Notes: generated by a model from the letters alone, not told the origin. DNA of 64,000 nt from Capsulimonadaceae bacterium (GCA_965215505.1 OZ244065.1:5600001-5664000); one strand, 5' to 3'. Counted from the first letter of the stretch, positions 37,547 to 47,344 are shown. Numbers and translations are program-made.

Positions 37547-39868
37547 ATGAAGAACAGCCTTAGCTTCCTCGTGCTGCTCCTCCTGACCTGTCTCCGGCTG
37601 CCCGCCGCCGGTGCCGCTCCGGACTTCGAGGCGGCTCGGCTCAACGCCGTGTCGGCCAATCCGTCCGGCGTTTCCCTCACGTTGAGCCTGTCCAGCGGCA
37701 GGACTCAGTTCCACCAGGGCGAGGTCATCTCGCTCATCGCCACCTTCGCGAGCAGCCGGCCCAAGGCGTACAAACTCAACACCGGCCCTGGTGACCGAGA
37801 TACGCCCTGGAATACCGATGCATTCTCCGTAGACAACCCGACCGGCGCGGTAGACCCACTGGCCGCCTACTACGCTAACGGCTTTCCCGAAGCCTTCAGC
37901 GGAGCCGGGCCGCAGTTCCAGGACCTCACGGCACAGCCCGCTTCCGTCTCCTACGCTCTGAATGAATGGCTGCGCTTTAACGTACCGGGCCGCTACCGCG
38001 TCTACCTGACGAGTGGCAGGATTATTGATGTCGGCTGGAAATGGCGGGGCCGCCCAGGATTGGAAGGCCGCGTCACGACCTCCAACGCCGTTGACCTGGA
38101 GATACTGCCCCGCGACCCCGCCCTGGATGCTCAGACACTACAGCAGGCGCTGCCGCTCTTCAATGAAGACGGATTTGATCCCAGGACCCAAATCACCCGG
38201 CGGGCCGCCGTCCGCGCGATCCGCTTCCTCGGAACGCCCGACGCCGCGCGGGCGATGGTCGCGCGCTACGGCCACCTCAGCGACATCTACTTTTTCAGTT
38301 CCCCTGCCTATTCCCAGACCCGTCTTGCCCTGTTCGGATTTCGGCAGCCGGCAGTTGTCACCCAGGAAATGGAACACAGAATCGCAGACGCCGACTTTCC
38401 CGTCCCCTTGTTGTTCATGCAGGACCTAGCGCAGACACAGCTCCTCGCCACCCATCCTCAACCCTCGCCCCCCTACAATGCCGCCGACCCCGAGGGGAAC
38501 AAAAAACGGCAGCAGTTGCTCCACGAACGCCGCGATGCCCTCGCAGTGTTGACCAAACAAGATCGGGACCGACTGGCCGCCGCTATCACCACGAAACAAG
38601 GAAGGGCGCGGGCCGTCAGCCTCTACACGCTGTTCCAGATGGGCGTCTCGCCACCAGATACGGCAGCGGATCGGGCGCTGGCAAGGGCGCTGGTGCCCGT
38701 CTTCGACGCCCTGACGACGGAGGAGCAAACTGGCCTGCTTTATGATGAGAGTTGGAAACTAGTGCGTGGTCCGGACATGCTGCCGGTTCTGAGGCGCCTC
38801 CTTGCGAAGCCTGGCCGCATAGATGGGTATGAGGCGCCATGGTCTGAGGCGGTACAACTCGACAGCCTTGCTCTCCGCCGCCTCATGGAGTTGTCGCCCG
38901 TCGAGGGCCGCGCGCTGCTGCTCACGGAAATTCAAAGCCGCCACCCACATGTAGATTTGTCCACGCTGTGTTCCCTCCCTGACAAAACCCTGCCGGGTTT
39001 TGACGCCGTCCTTGCGAATGACCTCGAAGGAAACCTGCACAACAGCGGGGATTGGCAGTACGCTCCGGGTCTGGTCGAGCGCTATGCGACGCGGGCCATC
39101 CTGCCGCGCGTCAAGGCCGCGTATAGCAGCAACGGCGACGGGTGGGGCGGCGACACCCAATCCAGCCTGTTGGCCTACTTCCTGCGGATGGACCATGACT
39201 ATGGTCTGGAGCAGATGCGGGATGCGCTGGCATCACGCAAGAAGAGTGGTTGGTATAAGTCCGTCCTGAGTGATGTCGCCGCTCTCCTCCCTAGCCCCGA
39301 CCCGGATATAGATCGCCTGGCCATCGCCCACCTCGACGACCCCGACCCGGAGGTCGGCGTTGATGCCATCAGGATGCTCGGTGCCTACGGTTCTCCCGCC
39401 GCCGAAGCCCCGCTCTGGGCGCGGATGCGCGACTGGCACCGGCAGGAAGTGGGGAAGGCCGAGCGGAGTACGCCCGCACCGGAGGAACTGGAATACGTCT
39501 TCACCAACGCCCTCGCGACCTCGCCCGGCTGGCTTGCGGACCGCGCGAAGCTCCGGGCGCTGGAGGACCTGTGTATTACGCCAAATGGCCGTGCCAACGT
39601 CGCCGCGTTCTTTCAGCAGTGGCAGGAGCCGGTCACGGTCACCTTCATGCGCGATCAGGGACAATGGTCGGTGGTCCAGTACGGGCAGCTTCCCTCGCTC
39701 GCCGCCCTGGAAAGAAAGCTGGCCCAATTCCCGCGCGGTTCGCGGTTCCGGCTCGCCCACTGGAACTTCCCAGGCCGGGCGGAGCAGGCGCAGGCATTCG
39801 GGCGGCTGAAGCCGTTCCTGGAGGCGCGCGGGATGCGGCTGGAAGAGGAGCCGTTTCCAGCCCATTGA
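37547..39868 (+). CDS. Large secreted hypothetical protein with HEAT-like repeats
   Basis: Signal peptide; N-terminal beta-rich region; AVRAIRFLGT and HLDDPDPEV..DAIRMLGAYG. Confidence 0.75.
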   Translation: MKNSLSFLVLLLLTCLRLPAAGAAPDFEAARLNAVSANPSGVSLTLSLSSGRTQFHQGEVISLIATFASSRPKAYKLNTGPGDRDTPWNTDAFSVDNPTGAVDPLAAYYANGFPEAFSGAGPQFQDLTAQPASVSYALNEWLRFNVPGRYRVYLTSGRIIDVGWKWRGRPGLEGRVTTSNAVDLEILPRDPALDAQTLQQALPLFNEDGFDPRTQITRRAAVRAIRFLGTPDAARAMVARYGHLSDIYFFSSPAYSQTRLALFGFRQPAVVTQEMEHRIADADFPVPLLFMQDLAQTQLLATHPQPSPPYNAADPEGNKKRQQLLHERRDALAVLTKQDRDRLAAAITTKQGRARAVSLYTLFQMGVSPPDTAADRALARALVPVFDALTTEEQTGLLYDESWKLVRGPDMLPVLRRLLAKPGRIDGYEAPWSEAVQLDSLALRRLMELSPVEGRALLLTEIQSRHPHVDLSTLCSLPDKTLPGFDAVLANDLEGNLHNSGDWQYAPGLVERYATRAILPRVKAAYSSNGDGWGGDTQSSLLAYFLRMDHDYGLEQMRDALASRKKSGWYKSVLSDVAALLPSPDPDIDRLAIAHLDDPDPEVGVDAIRMLGAYGSPAAEAPLWARMRDWHRQEVGKAERSTPAPEELEYVFTNALATSPGWLADRAKLRALEDLCITPNGRANVAAFFQQWQEPVTVTFMRDQGQWSVVQYGQLPSLAALERKLAQFPRGSRFRLAHWNFPGRAEQAQAFGRLKPFLEARGMRLEEEPFPAH

Positions 39869-39969
39869 CTACTTCTCGTTGGCGATGTAGTCCACGATCA
39901 CCTTGCACGGCGCGGCCAGGAACAGTTCGCGGGCCGTGTCGCCGGGCAGGCCGCGCGTCCGGTCCGGGC
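39869..39969 (-). repeat. Duplicated 3' end of the usp gene (direct repeat with 40757-40857)
   Basis: 90/97 nt identical to 40761-40857; encodes PDRTRGLPGDTARELFLAAPCKVIVDYIANEK*. Confidence 0.9.
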
Positions 39970-39970
39970 C

Positions 39971-40330
39971 TCAGAGTGGCAGGTAAACGATGCGGTCCTC
40001 GTACTCGCCGGGTAGGGCAGCGAGGGCGACCAGGAGCAGATCGTCCAGGTTGCCGGCCATGTCGCGGGTGATGTCTACGGTGAGGATTCCGGGGATGTGC
40101 CGGCCTGCCGCAAGGTGATCGGCGAGATGCACCGGCATGGATTTTCGGTTGTTGGTGACCAGGATGAAGTCGTTCGCTTCGCACCAGAGCAGGATTTCGG
40201 GATCAAGCGTTCCCGACGGCGGTACGCCGGGCATCCCGATCTTCCAGAGGGTCAGACTCGGCGCGCGGGACAATAGTTGGGTCCGGTAGGCGAGCGGCAT
40301 GTGTTCGTCGAGAAGATATTGGATGGGCAT
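39971..40330 (-). CDS. DUF5615 family PIN-like toxin
   Basis: YLLDEHM, GTLDPEILLW, ILVTNNR, HIPGIL. Confidence 0.85.
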   Translation of the reverse strand: MPIQYLLDEHMPLAYRTQLLSRAPSLTLWKIGMPGVPPSGTLDPEILLWCEANDFILVTNNRKSMPVHLADHLAAGRHIPGILTVDITRDMAGNLDDLLLVALAALPGEYEDRIVYLPL

Positions 40331-40337
40331 TAGGCGC

Positions 40338-40760
40338 TCAAGCGGTGATCAAGCGCCCTATCTCTGAGGCTTGCTCTTCGGCCCGTTCGCGCAGGTAGCG
40401 TTCCGGGGGCAGGCCGGAAGCCTCGATATCCGCTTTGAGCGCACGGAGGCGAGTGACGGCGGGTGAAGGGTTCTGACTCTGCTCTGCCCGCGCGCTTCGG
40501 CTGAACTCAAGCCACCTCGCCAAATAATCATCCACACTTTGCTTGTTCCGCAGGTAATACAGGATCGCCGCGTGGACTTGTTCCAGAGTAAGGCTCGGAA
40601 AAGTCTCCTGGATCGCCTCGGGGCTTTGGGCGCGATAGACGTGTTCGTACAAGACCGACTCGATGCCGATGCGGCTCCCTTTGATGCGGATGTCGTCTGC
40701 GGTCAGAAAGTCAAAATAGTCCTCCAGCATTGCATTCTCCAGTCTAGGAACCGTGGTCAT
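40338..40760 (-). CDS. DUF433 domain antitoxin
   Basis: IRIKGSRIGIE, FPSLTLEQVHAAILYY; ATG overlaps the usp stop (alternative start 40730). Confidence 0.87.
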   Translation of the reverse strand: MTTVPRLENAMLEDYFDFLTADDIRIKGSRIGIESVLYEHVYRAQSPEAIQETFPSLTLEQVHAAILYYLRNKQSVDDYLARWLEFSRSARAEQSQNPSPAVTRLRALKADIEASGLPPERYLRERAEEQASEIGRLITA

Positions 40761-41257
40761 TTCTCGTTGGCGATGTAGTCCACGATCACCTCGCACGGCG
40801 CGGCCAGGAACAGCTCGCGGGCCATGTCTCCGGGCAGGCCGCGTGTGCGGTCGGGGCGCGCGCCGAGGACGAGCAGGTCCACTTTGCCCTCGGGAATCAG
40901 GGACAGGATGCGCTCGTGCGCCTTGCGGGTGCGGTGGATCACCGACTCGACGTTTACCTTGTAGGGGATGGCGGCGCGCTCGGCGATGTGCAGGGCGTTG
41001 GCCGCCACCGACTCGGCATCGGGCAGGGCGGCGTTCAGCGGCAGGATGCGCGGGACTTCGATTAGGTAGGCGAGCTGGATGCGGGCGTCGGTCCCCTGCG
41101 CCAGCCGGAAGGCGACTTCGAGGGCGCGGTTGGAGTACGGCTGGTCCACGGCGGGAATCAACAGGGAGCGCCACTGGCCCGGCGTCTGGCCCGCGCCCGT
41201 CGGGGTGGGGGAGGATGCGTTGGGGCGGGCCGGGAAAAGGCGGCTGAGGAGGGACAT
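40757..41257 (-). CDS. Universal stress protein family
   Basis: ALEVAFRLA, YLIEVP, DLLVLGA, APCEVIV; ATG at 41257. Confidence 0.8.
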   Translation of the reverse strand: MSLLSRLFPARPNASSPTPTGAGQTPGQWRSLLIPAVDQPYSNRALEVAFRLAQGTDARIQLAYLIEVPRILPLNAALPDAESVAANALHIAERAAIPYKVNVESVIHRTRKAHERILSLIPEGKVDLLVLGARPDRTRGLPGDMARELFLAAPCEVIVDYIANEK

Positions 41258-41260
41258 GGT

Positions 41261-41311
41261 TTGACAGGGCCTTTCGGGAAGGGGTACAATCTTCAAGAGG
41301 ATTGTACCCCT
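41261..41311 (+). promoter_or_regulatory. mrp promoter overlapped by a perfect inverted repeat
   Basis: TTGACA (41261-41266), 18 nt, TACAAT (41285-41290); AGGGGTACAATC-N8-GATTGTACCCCT. Confidence 0.7.
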
Positions 41312-41312
41312 A

Positions 41313-42434
41313 ATGGCTATTTTGCAGGACAGAACGACTACACAAGGCAGCACGCAAGAGATTACAAAGGATCAGGTACTTGATGCGCTGCGGCGCGTCA
41401 TTGACCCGGACTTTCATAAAGACCTCGTGACGCTCGGCATGATCAAAAACGTCGTCGTGGACGGGCCGGTCGTCGCCTTCACCGTGGAGCTGACCACGCC
41501 CGCCTGCCCGCTGAAAGAAGAGATCGAGCGGATGTGTCGCGTCGAGGTCGGAAGCATCGAGGGCGTCGGCGAGATCAGGATCGAGATGACGGCCCGCGTG
41601 CGGGCCAACACCGGCAAGGGCACGCAGCAGCCGATACCGGGCGTCAAGAACATCGTCGCCATCGCCTCGGGGAAGGGGGGCGTCGGCAAAAGCACGGTCT
41701 CGGCCAACATCGCCTGCGCACTGGCCCAATCGGGCGCGAAGGTCGGGCTGATGGACGCCGACATCTACGGGCCGTCCATTCCCATCATCATGGGCGTCGA
41801 GGACAAGCAGCCCTTGGTGGACGAGAAAAAGGAAAAGATGCTGCCAATCGAGCAGTACGGCGTCAAGGTCATGTCCATGGGCTTCTTACAGCCCGGCGGC
41901 GCGGCCGTCATCTGGCGCGGCCCGATGGTCGCCAAGGCCGTGCAGCAGTTCCTGCGGGACGTGGAATGGGGCGAGATAGACTACCTGATTGTGGACCTGC
42001 CGCCGGGTACGGGTGACGCGCAGCTTACGCTGGCCCAGGCCATCCCGCTGTCCGGCGCGGTCGTCGTGATGACCCCGCAGGACCTCGCCGCCGCCGTGGC
42101 CGTCAAGGCCGTCTCCATGTTCAAGCGGCTGGACGTGCCCATTCTGGGCATCGTCGAGAACATGTCCTACTTCCTCTGCCCCACCTGCAACTCCCGCCAC
42201 CACGTTTTTTCGCACGGCGGGGGCCAGCAGGCGGCTGAGGCGCTGGACGTGCCGTTTTTCGGCGGCATCCCGCTGGCCCTGGACATCGGGGCCGAGGCCG
42301 ACGAGGGGACGCCCTCCGTGGTCGCCAGCCCGAACGGGCCTTACGCCCAGGTCTTCCGCGAGGTGGCCGAGCGAATCGCGCAGGCGGTCAGCATCCGCGC
42401 CCGGACGTTCGTGCCGCTGGCGATGACGAAGTGA
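41313..42434 (+). CDS. mrp: Mrp/NBP35/ApbC Fe-S cluster carrier ATPase
   Basis: LTTPACPL, GKGGVGKST, DADIYGPS, WRGPM, DLPPGTGD, ENMS..CPTC. Confidence 0.96.
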   Translation: MAILQDRTTTQGSTQEITKDQVLDALRRVIDPDFHKDLVTLGMIKNVVVDGPVVAFTVELTTPACPLKEEIERMCRVEVGSIEGVGEIRIEMTARVRANTGKGTQQPIPGVKNIVAIASGKGGVGKSTVSANIACALAQSGAKVGLMDADIYGPSIPIIMGVEDKQPLVDEKKEKMLPIEQYGVKVMSMGFLQPGGAAVIWRGPMVAKAVQQFLRDVEWGEIDYLIVDLPPGTGDAQLTLAQAIPLSGAVVVMTPQDLAAAVAVKAVSMFKRLDVPILGIVENMSYFLCPTCNSRHHVFSHGGGQQAAEALDVPFFGGIPLALDIGAEADEGTPSVVASPNGPYAQVFREVAERIAQAVSIRARTFVPLAMTK

Positions 42435-43258
42435 CCTGGCCGGAACTCGTCGTCCTGGCCGTCGCCCTCCTCTTCGGCTTCGGCGGTGCGGCCTGGCTCA
42501 TCCGCCGCTACGACCTGCACCGCCCCAACTTCCAGGGGCGGCGCATCCCCATGATCGCCGGGCTGGCGTTTGTGCTGGGCGGCGAGTTCTTTTACGCCTG
42601 CGAGTGGTTCTTGCAGGGCCTCCACACCAGCCTCGCCTCCGTCTACTTCCTTGTGACTCTGGGCTTCGGCGGTCTGGGGCTGCTGGACGACCTGAAGGGG
42701 GACCGGAAGGTCGGCGGGTATCGGGGCCACCTGGGGGCGCTGGCGCGAGGGAGGCTGACGACTGGGGCGGCCAAGGCCTTCGGTGGCGGACTGGTCAGTC
42801 TGGCGGCCGGGTTCCTGGTCGCCGCGCCCCGGCCCTTCGGCCATGCCCTGCTGGCCGGCCTGGTGATCGCGCTCTCCGCCAACACTTTGAACCTGCTGGA
42901 CCTGCGGCCGGGCCGATGCCTGTTCGGGTTTGGCGTCGGCACGGCGACTGTCGGGGCGGTCCTCTTTTCGCAGCACGCGCTGGGGACCGGCTACCTGCTG
43001 TGGGCGGCCCTCGCCTTCGCCCTGATCCTCTACCCCCTGGACGCCTGGGGTTCGGCGATGCTGGGGGACACGGGAGCCAACACCTTCGGGGCGGTTTTGG
43101 GCGTTGCCGGGGCCGTCTGTTTCTCCCCGCTCTGGCAGGGCGTCCTCGTGTTCGGCCTGCTCGGCTTCCAGCTCTGGTGCGAGCGCTACTCGCTGTCGCG
43201 CGTCATCGAAGGCAGTCCGTTCCTAGGCGGCCTCGACCGCAAAATCGGCGTCCGCTGA
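42431..43258 (+). CDS. MraY/WecA-like polyprenyl-phosphate sugar-phosphate transferase (GT4 family)
   Basis: GLLDD, ANTLNLLDLRPGR, MLGDTGAN; multiple TM segments. Confidence 0.8.
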   Translation: MTWPELVVLAVALLFGFGGAAWLIRRYDLHRPNFQGRRIPMIAGLAFVLGGEFFYACEWFLQGLHTSLASVYFLVTLGFGGLGLLDDLKGDRKVGGYRGHLGALARGRLTTGAAKAFGGGLVSLAAGFLVAAPRPFGHALLAGLVIALSANTLNLLDLRPGRCLFGFGVGTATVGAVLFSQHALGTGYLLWAALAFALILYPLDAWGSAMLGDTGANTFGAVLGVAGAVCFSPLWQGVLVFGLLGFQLWCERYSLSRVIEGSPFLGGLDRKIGVR

Positions 43259-44119
43259 CAGCCGGACCGCGCCGAGATATTTCCCCACATACTCGGGTTC
43301 ATCGCAGTCATCGATCCGCACGCCCTGCCCGCCCCGCGCGTGCAGGAAACGGCCGTCACCCAGGGCCAGCCCGATGTGCGTGGGCTTTTTGTCCTCGCGG
43401 CGGCTGAAGACGACCAGATCTCCGTCTTCCAGCAGCGCCGTATCGAACGACTGCCCCTCCTCCACCCGCCGGAACCGCCTGTCCGTGAACTGGATGTCGG
43501 CGTCGCGCAGGAGCTGTATGCCGTTGAGCTTGTAGGCGAGCTGCGTCAGCCCGGAGCAGTCAATCCCGAAGGGGGTGCAGCCGCCCCACAAGTAGGGGGT
43601 GCCGATGAGGCGCTTGGCGGTCTCGACGATGTTCCTGCCCAACGCCGCGATCAAGTCTTCCCGCGCGATTCGGTCCCGCAGCGTCTGCACCGCGGCCTCG
43701 GGGGCGTGCGTGAGGTTCAGGCTGACCCGGTGGACGTAGCCCGTTTGACCGTCCGGAAGAAGGAGGGGGACCCAGTCGCCGGCCTCGGCCCGCCGGGCGA
43801 TGACGGCCCTGGTGCCGACCACCAGCTTGGTCAGCATCTCGGAGCGGGCGTCTGGGGCGGAGAAGACGTCGGCGAAGAGGGTGGCGATGGTTGTCGTCAG
43901 CGCATCCGAGTCGTCGCGAACCGGCAGGAGAAGGCGGGCGGCGGCCCAGCCCTCATAGCGGTCCCCGGTCGCGACGCGGCAGAAGTCGCCCTGCGTGTCT
44001 AGGACGCGGACGCGGTCGCCCAGAATGGCCTGCGAGGCCAGTTCGGAACCTGAGTCCGGCTCCTCGTACACATCGGCGACGTTCTGCGCGACGACGCACT
44101 CTTGGAACTCTGGACTCAC
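43223..44119 (-). CDS. NlpC/P60 peptidase with SH3-like domains (YkfC-like)
   Basis: GTPYLWGG, GIDCSGL, RDAD.Q, THIGL, FLHA. Confidence 0.9.
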   Translation of the reverse strand: MSPEFQECVVAQNVADVYEEPDSGSELASQAILGDRVRVLDTQGDFCRVATGDRYEGWAAARLLLPVRDDSDALTTTIATLFADVFSAPDARSEMLTKLVVGTRAVIARRAEAGDWVPLLLPDGQTGYVHRVSLNLTHAPEAAVQTLRDRIAREDLIAALGRNIVETAKRLIGTPYLWGGCTPFGIDCSGLTQLAYKLNGIQLLRDADIQFTDRRFRRVEEGQSFDTALLEDGDLVVFSRREDKKPTHIGLALGDGRFLHARGGQGVRIDDCDEPEYVGKYLGAVRLSADADFAVEAA

Positions 44120-44943
44120 TCGAAAACAATTTCCGTCCGCTCGCCGACCCGGATGCGGTCGCCATGCGCCAGCGGCCTCTCCTCATGGGCGAGTAGGGTT
44201 TCGCCGTTCAGCAGGGTGCCGTTCGTGCTGCCCGTGTCTACGATAGAATAGGCACCGTCGCGCCGGATGATCTCCGCGTGGCGGCGCGAAACGGCGTCGT
44301 CCAGGTCTATCTCCACGTCAGGGTAGTAGTGCATCTCGCCGTCGGGCCGCCCGATGACCGTCACCTCCTTGGTGATGTCGAAGGCGGCTGAGAGCCGGCC
44401 CATGCGTAAGACCAGGCGGGGCGGCGTCTCCTCGGTGGCGGGCGCGACCAGGGGGGCGTCCAGGACGAACGGCGCGACGATGGGAATGCCGGTCGGCGCG
44501 GTCGGGGTGAAGGCCGCCGCCAGCTCCTCGCGGGTCATGCGGAGGGTGGACGTGAATTCCCCGGCGTCCTCGCCGGGTTCCGCCGTGGAGGTGTCGAAGG
44601 ACGGCGTCGCCAACGTCGGCATCTCTGCCGTGGGGGCGGCAGGCGTGTCTTTGAGCGGTGGCGCGGCGATGACGGGCGCGGAGGCCAGCGGCAGGAGGTC
44701 TCCGGCGTCCGAGTAGTCCATCATCTTCAGCGGGCCGTCTTCGTCCTCGAAGTGCAGGGAATCGCCCGCTTCCATATCAGAGGCGGGCGCGTGCCCGAAC
44801 TCCGCCGGCGACTCGGTGCCGATCGCCGAAGCGCTGTAAATCTCCGCACCGCCCTCGGGCGTGATTGGCCCCGCCGCAGTCGCGGTCTCCGCATCCGGCG
44901 AATCCGACTGCGTCTTGTCCTTGCGTAGTTTCCATCCCGCCAT
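44116..44943 (-). CDS. FHA domain protein with a long acidic/Pro-rich N-terminus
   Basis: IGR, VSRRHA, DTGSTNGT, L.HGDRIRVG; ATG at 44943. Confidence 0.9.
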   Translation of the reverse strand: MAGWKLRKDKTQSDSPDAETATAAGPITPEGGAEIYSASAIGTESPAEFGHAPASDMEAGDSLHFEDEDGPLKMMDYSDAGDLLPLASAPVIAAPPLKDTPAAPTAEMPTLATPSFDTSTAEPGEDAGEFTSTLRMTREELAAAFTPTAPTGIPIVAPFVLDAPLVAPATEETPPRLVLRMGRLSAAFDITKEVTVIGRPDGEMHYYPDVEIDLDDAVSRRHAEIIRRDGAYSIVDTGSTNGTLLNGETLLAHEERPLAHGDRIRVGERTEIVFE

Positions 44944-44996
44944 AATGAAGGCTGCTCCCCGCCGAAGGTGGTTTTCGGCCGCTAAAAAGTTTCCAC

Positions 44997-45070
44997 AGTA
45001 TATCACGGCCCGCCCTGCGTGTCAAGCGGGCCGCCCGCCCTTGTCAAAAGGGGCCGTGATGTGCTATAAT
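44997..45070. promoter_or_regulatory. Divergent sigma70-type promoters (FHA gene and rpmH)
   Basis: Minus: TTGACA (45020-45025), 17 nt, TATACT (44997-45002). Plus: TTGTCA (45041-45046), 18 nt, TATAAT (45065-45070) with TG extension. Confidence 0.7.
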
Positions 45071-45128
45071 CCCTCACCAATTTCGCCTGAACTCCGATAG
45101 CGAGAGACTTGAAGAAGGACCCGAACCC

Positions 45129-45293
45129 ATGAAGCGACCCTACCAGCCGAACGTCCGGCACAAGATGAAAACGCACGGTTTCCGCGAGCGCATGAGTACG
45201 CCCGACGGCCGCAACGTCCTCAAGCGCCGCCGCGCCAAAGGCCGCTACAAGCTGTGCGTGACCCACACCGCCACGATCCCCAAGAGCATATAG
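45129..45293 (+). CDS. rpmH: 50S ribosomal protein L34 (not in the ORF track)
   Basis: Translated by hand: [54 protein letters not shown]. Confidence 0.97.
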   Translation: MKRPYQPNVRHKMKTHGFRERMSTPDGRNVLKRRRAKGRYKLCVTHTATIPKSI

Positions 45294-45299
45294 TCACTG

Positions 45300-45674
45300 A
45301 TGTTGCCGCGCCCTTCGCGCCTGAAACGCAGCCGGGACTTCCAGGCCGTTTACAAACGCCGGGCCTCCTGGGCATCGCCCCACCTTGTCTTGTACGTCCG
45401 CTTCCGCGCCCCGCGCGAGGGGGAAGACTCGCGTCTGGGCTTCGTGATCAGCAAGAAGATCGCCAAGCGCGCGCACGACCGGAACCGCCTGAAGCGCCGC
45501 CTGCGCGAGATCACGCGGCTCCACCTGCTGGCAGGCAGCCTCCGGCCTTATGACGCCCTCGTGGTCGCGCGGACGTCCGCCCCGGCGGTCGGCTTCGCGG
45601 CACTGAGGGCGGAACTGACCGGCATGGCCGTGCAGGCCGGGCTGCTCAGGGGGGCGGGGCTTGTGGGGGCATGA
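45300..45674 (+). CDS. rnpA: Ribonuclease P protein component
   Basis: RLGFVISKK...[13 protein letters not shown]. Confidence 0.96.
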   Translation: MLPRPSRLKRSRDFQAVYKRRASWASPHLVLYVRFRAPREGEDSRLGFVISKKIAKRAHDRNRLKRRLREITRLHLLAGSLRPYDALVVARTSAPAVGFAALRAELTGMAVQAGLLRGAGLVGA

Positions 45675-45883
45675 TGGGGCACGTTCTAGTCTCGATTATT
45701 CGTATGTACCAGCATTACATCTCGCGCTGGACGCCCTCCGCCTGCCGGTTCCGGCCCACATGCTCGGAATACGCCGCCCAGGCCATCCTGCGGCATGGGG
45801 CGCTGCGCGGGGTGGGCATGGCCGCCCGTCGGCTCTGCCGCTGCCACCCGTTCCACCCCGGCGGCTATGACCCCGTGAAGTGA
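45671..45883 (+). CDS. yidD: Membrane protein insertion efficiency factor
   Basis: [26 protein letters not shown]. Confidence 0.96.
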   Translation: MMGHVLVSIIRMYQHYISRWTPSACRFRPTCSEYAAQAILRHGALRGVGMAARRLCRCHPFHPGGYDPVK

Positions 45884-45937
45884 TGAACGGGGATAGTGAT
45901 GGACGGGAATAAGAAAAGCTTGTACTTGGGAGCATTG

Positions 45938-47344
45938 ATGAAGAACTGTCTCGCCGCCTCACGGATACTGCTCTGCGCGGCGTTTTTCCTGACCTCCGGC
46001 GTGGCCGCCAGCGCGCAGGCGCCCGGCGACCCCAACTCGCCGCCCGCCTACGGGGTCGCCATGCGGCTCCAGGCGGAGGCGCAGGCCGCCCGCTCGGCTG
46101 GCCAGCTCGAAACCGCCCACAACCGCGCCTATCAGGCCGTCCTGCAATTCCAGCAGGTGGTCAAGAGCCGCGCCTATGGCCACACCCCCTATGCCCGCGA
46201 GGCGCTGCGGCAGCAGGCCGTTCTGGAAGAGAGCTTCTTGCAGGACAAGAACGCCGCCATCCAGTCCCTCCAGACCCTGCACAACACTTTCCCCGAAGAT
46301 CAGGCCGTCTTGATGCAGATCCAGCGTGTCGGGAACGCCCTGGACCAGTTCAACAAGACCATCACGCCACGGAGTACGCCGTTCCACGTTCTGGGCGCGC
46401 TCCTCTACCGGACCATGGACTTCCTGGTCGCGCTGACGGGCCGGCAGCCGTGGTCGTATTTCCTCGCCATCCTGATGGTTTCCGTCCTGGTCAAGCTGGC
46501 CCTGACGCCGCTCTCCAACAAGCAGTACGCCTCCATGAAGGAGATGCAGAAGCTCCAGCCGTACATGGCGGAGCTTCAGGCCAAGCACAAGAACGACAAA
46601 GAGCTGCTGGGCCGCAAAATGATGGAGCTGTACAAGGAACACAGCATCAACCCCGCCGCCGGGTGCATCACCATGCTGCCGACGATCCCCATCATGTACC
46701 TGCTCTACTACATGATCCGGCTCTACCAGTACCAGTTCTCGCACGGCACCTTCCTGTGGATCGGCAGCGGCCTGTCGCACCTGTTCCCCAGCATCATGGG
46801 CATCAACCTGGGCCAGCCCGACTGGCCCCTGCTGCTGCTGTACGCCGGCTCCATGTACGTCACGCAGAAGATGACGATCCAGCCCTCCATGGACCCGCAG
46901 CAGGCCGAGACGCAGAAAATGATGACGATCATGACGCCGTTCATGACGACCTACTTCTTCTACCAGTATCATCTGCCGTCCGCCTTCGTCCTGTACTACC
47001 TGATCTTTAACATCCTGTCCACGTCGCAGCAGAAGTACTACATGAGGAAGCGGGCCGGCGATGCCCCGAGCGCGGACAGCGGCGGCGACGGCGGCAGTAA
47101 GCGTCTTCCCCTCCTGCCTACCGGCCCCAGCGGCGGCCAGTCGAAGCCCCTGACCAACGGGAACGGCACGAGCAACGGCAACGGCAGCCGCCGCATCGGG
47201 CCGGGCCGGACCGTTCCCATCGCCGAGGCCAAAGAGGAAGACCGCACGGGCGACAATTTTGCGCCCCTGCGGAACGGCACCGCGCCGACCGCGCGGGGCG
47301 TGATTGCGCCGAAAAAGGTCCACCCCAAGAAGAAGCGACGCTAG
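45938..47344 (+). CDS. yidC: Membrane protein insertase YidC
   Basis: VKLALTPL..KQ..SM..MQ.LQP, NPAAGC, FLWI, LP....LY...NI...QQ; operon position. Confidence 0.93.
   Translation: MKNCLAASRILLCAAFFLTSGVAASAQAPGDPNSPPAYGVAMRLQAEAQAARSAGQLETAHNRAYQAVLQFQQVVKSRAYGHTPYAREALRQQAVLEESFLQDKNAAIQSLQTLHNTFPEDQAVLMQIQRVGNALDQFNKTITPRSTPFHVLGALLYRTMDFLVALTGRQPWSYFLAILMVSVLVKLALTPLSNKQYASMKEMQKLQPYMAELQAKHKNDKELLGRKMMELYKEHSINPAAGCITMLPTIPIMYLLYYMIRLYQYQFSHGTFLWIGSGLSHLFPSIMGINLGQPDWPLLLLYAGSMYVTQKMTIQPSMDPQQAETQKMMTIMTPFMTTYFFYQYHLPSAFVLYYLIFNILSTSQQKYYMRKRAGDAPSADSGGDGGSKRLPLLPTGPSGGQSKPLTNGNGTSNGNGSRRIGPGRTVPIAEAKEEDRTGDNFAPLRNGTAPTARGVIAPKKVHPKKKRR

Noticed and set aside
44944-45128. oriC / DnaA boxes upstream of rpmH
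   Set aside because: There is no dnaA and only one two-mismatch box-like sequence (GTTTCCACA); divergent promoters explain the region.
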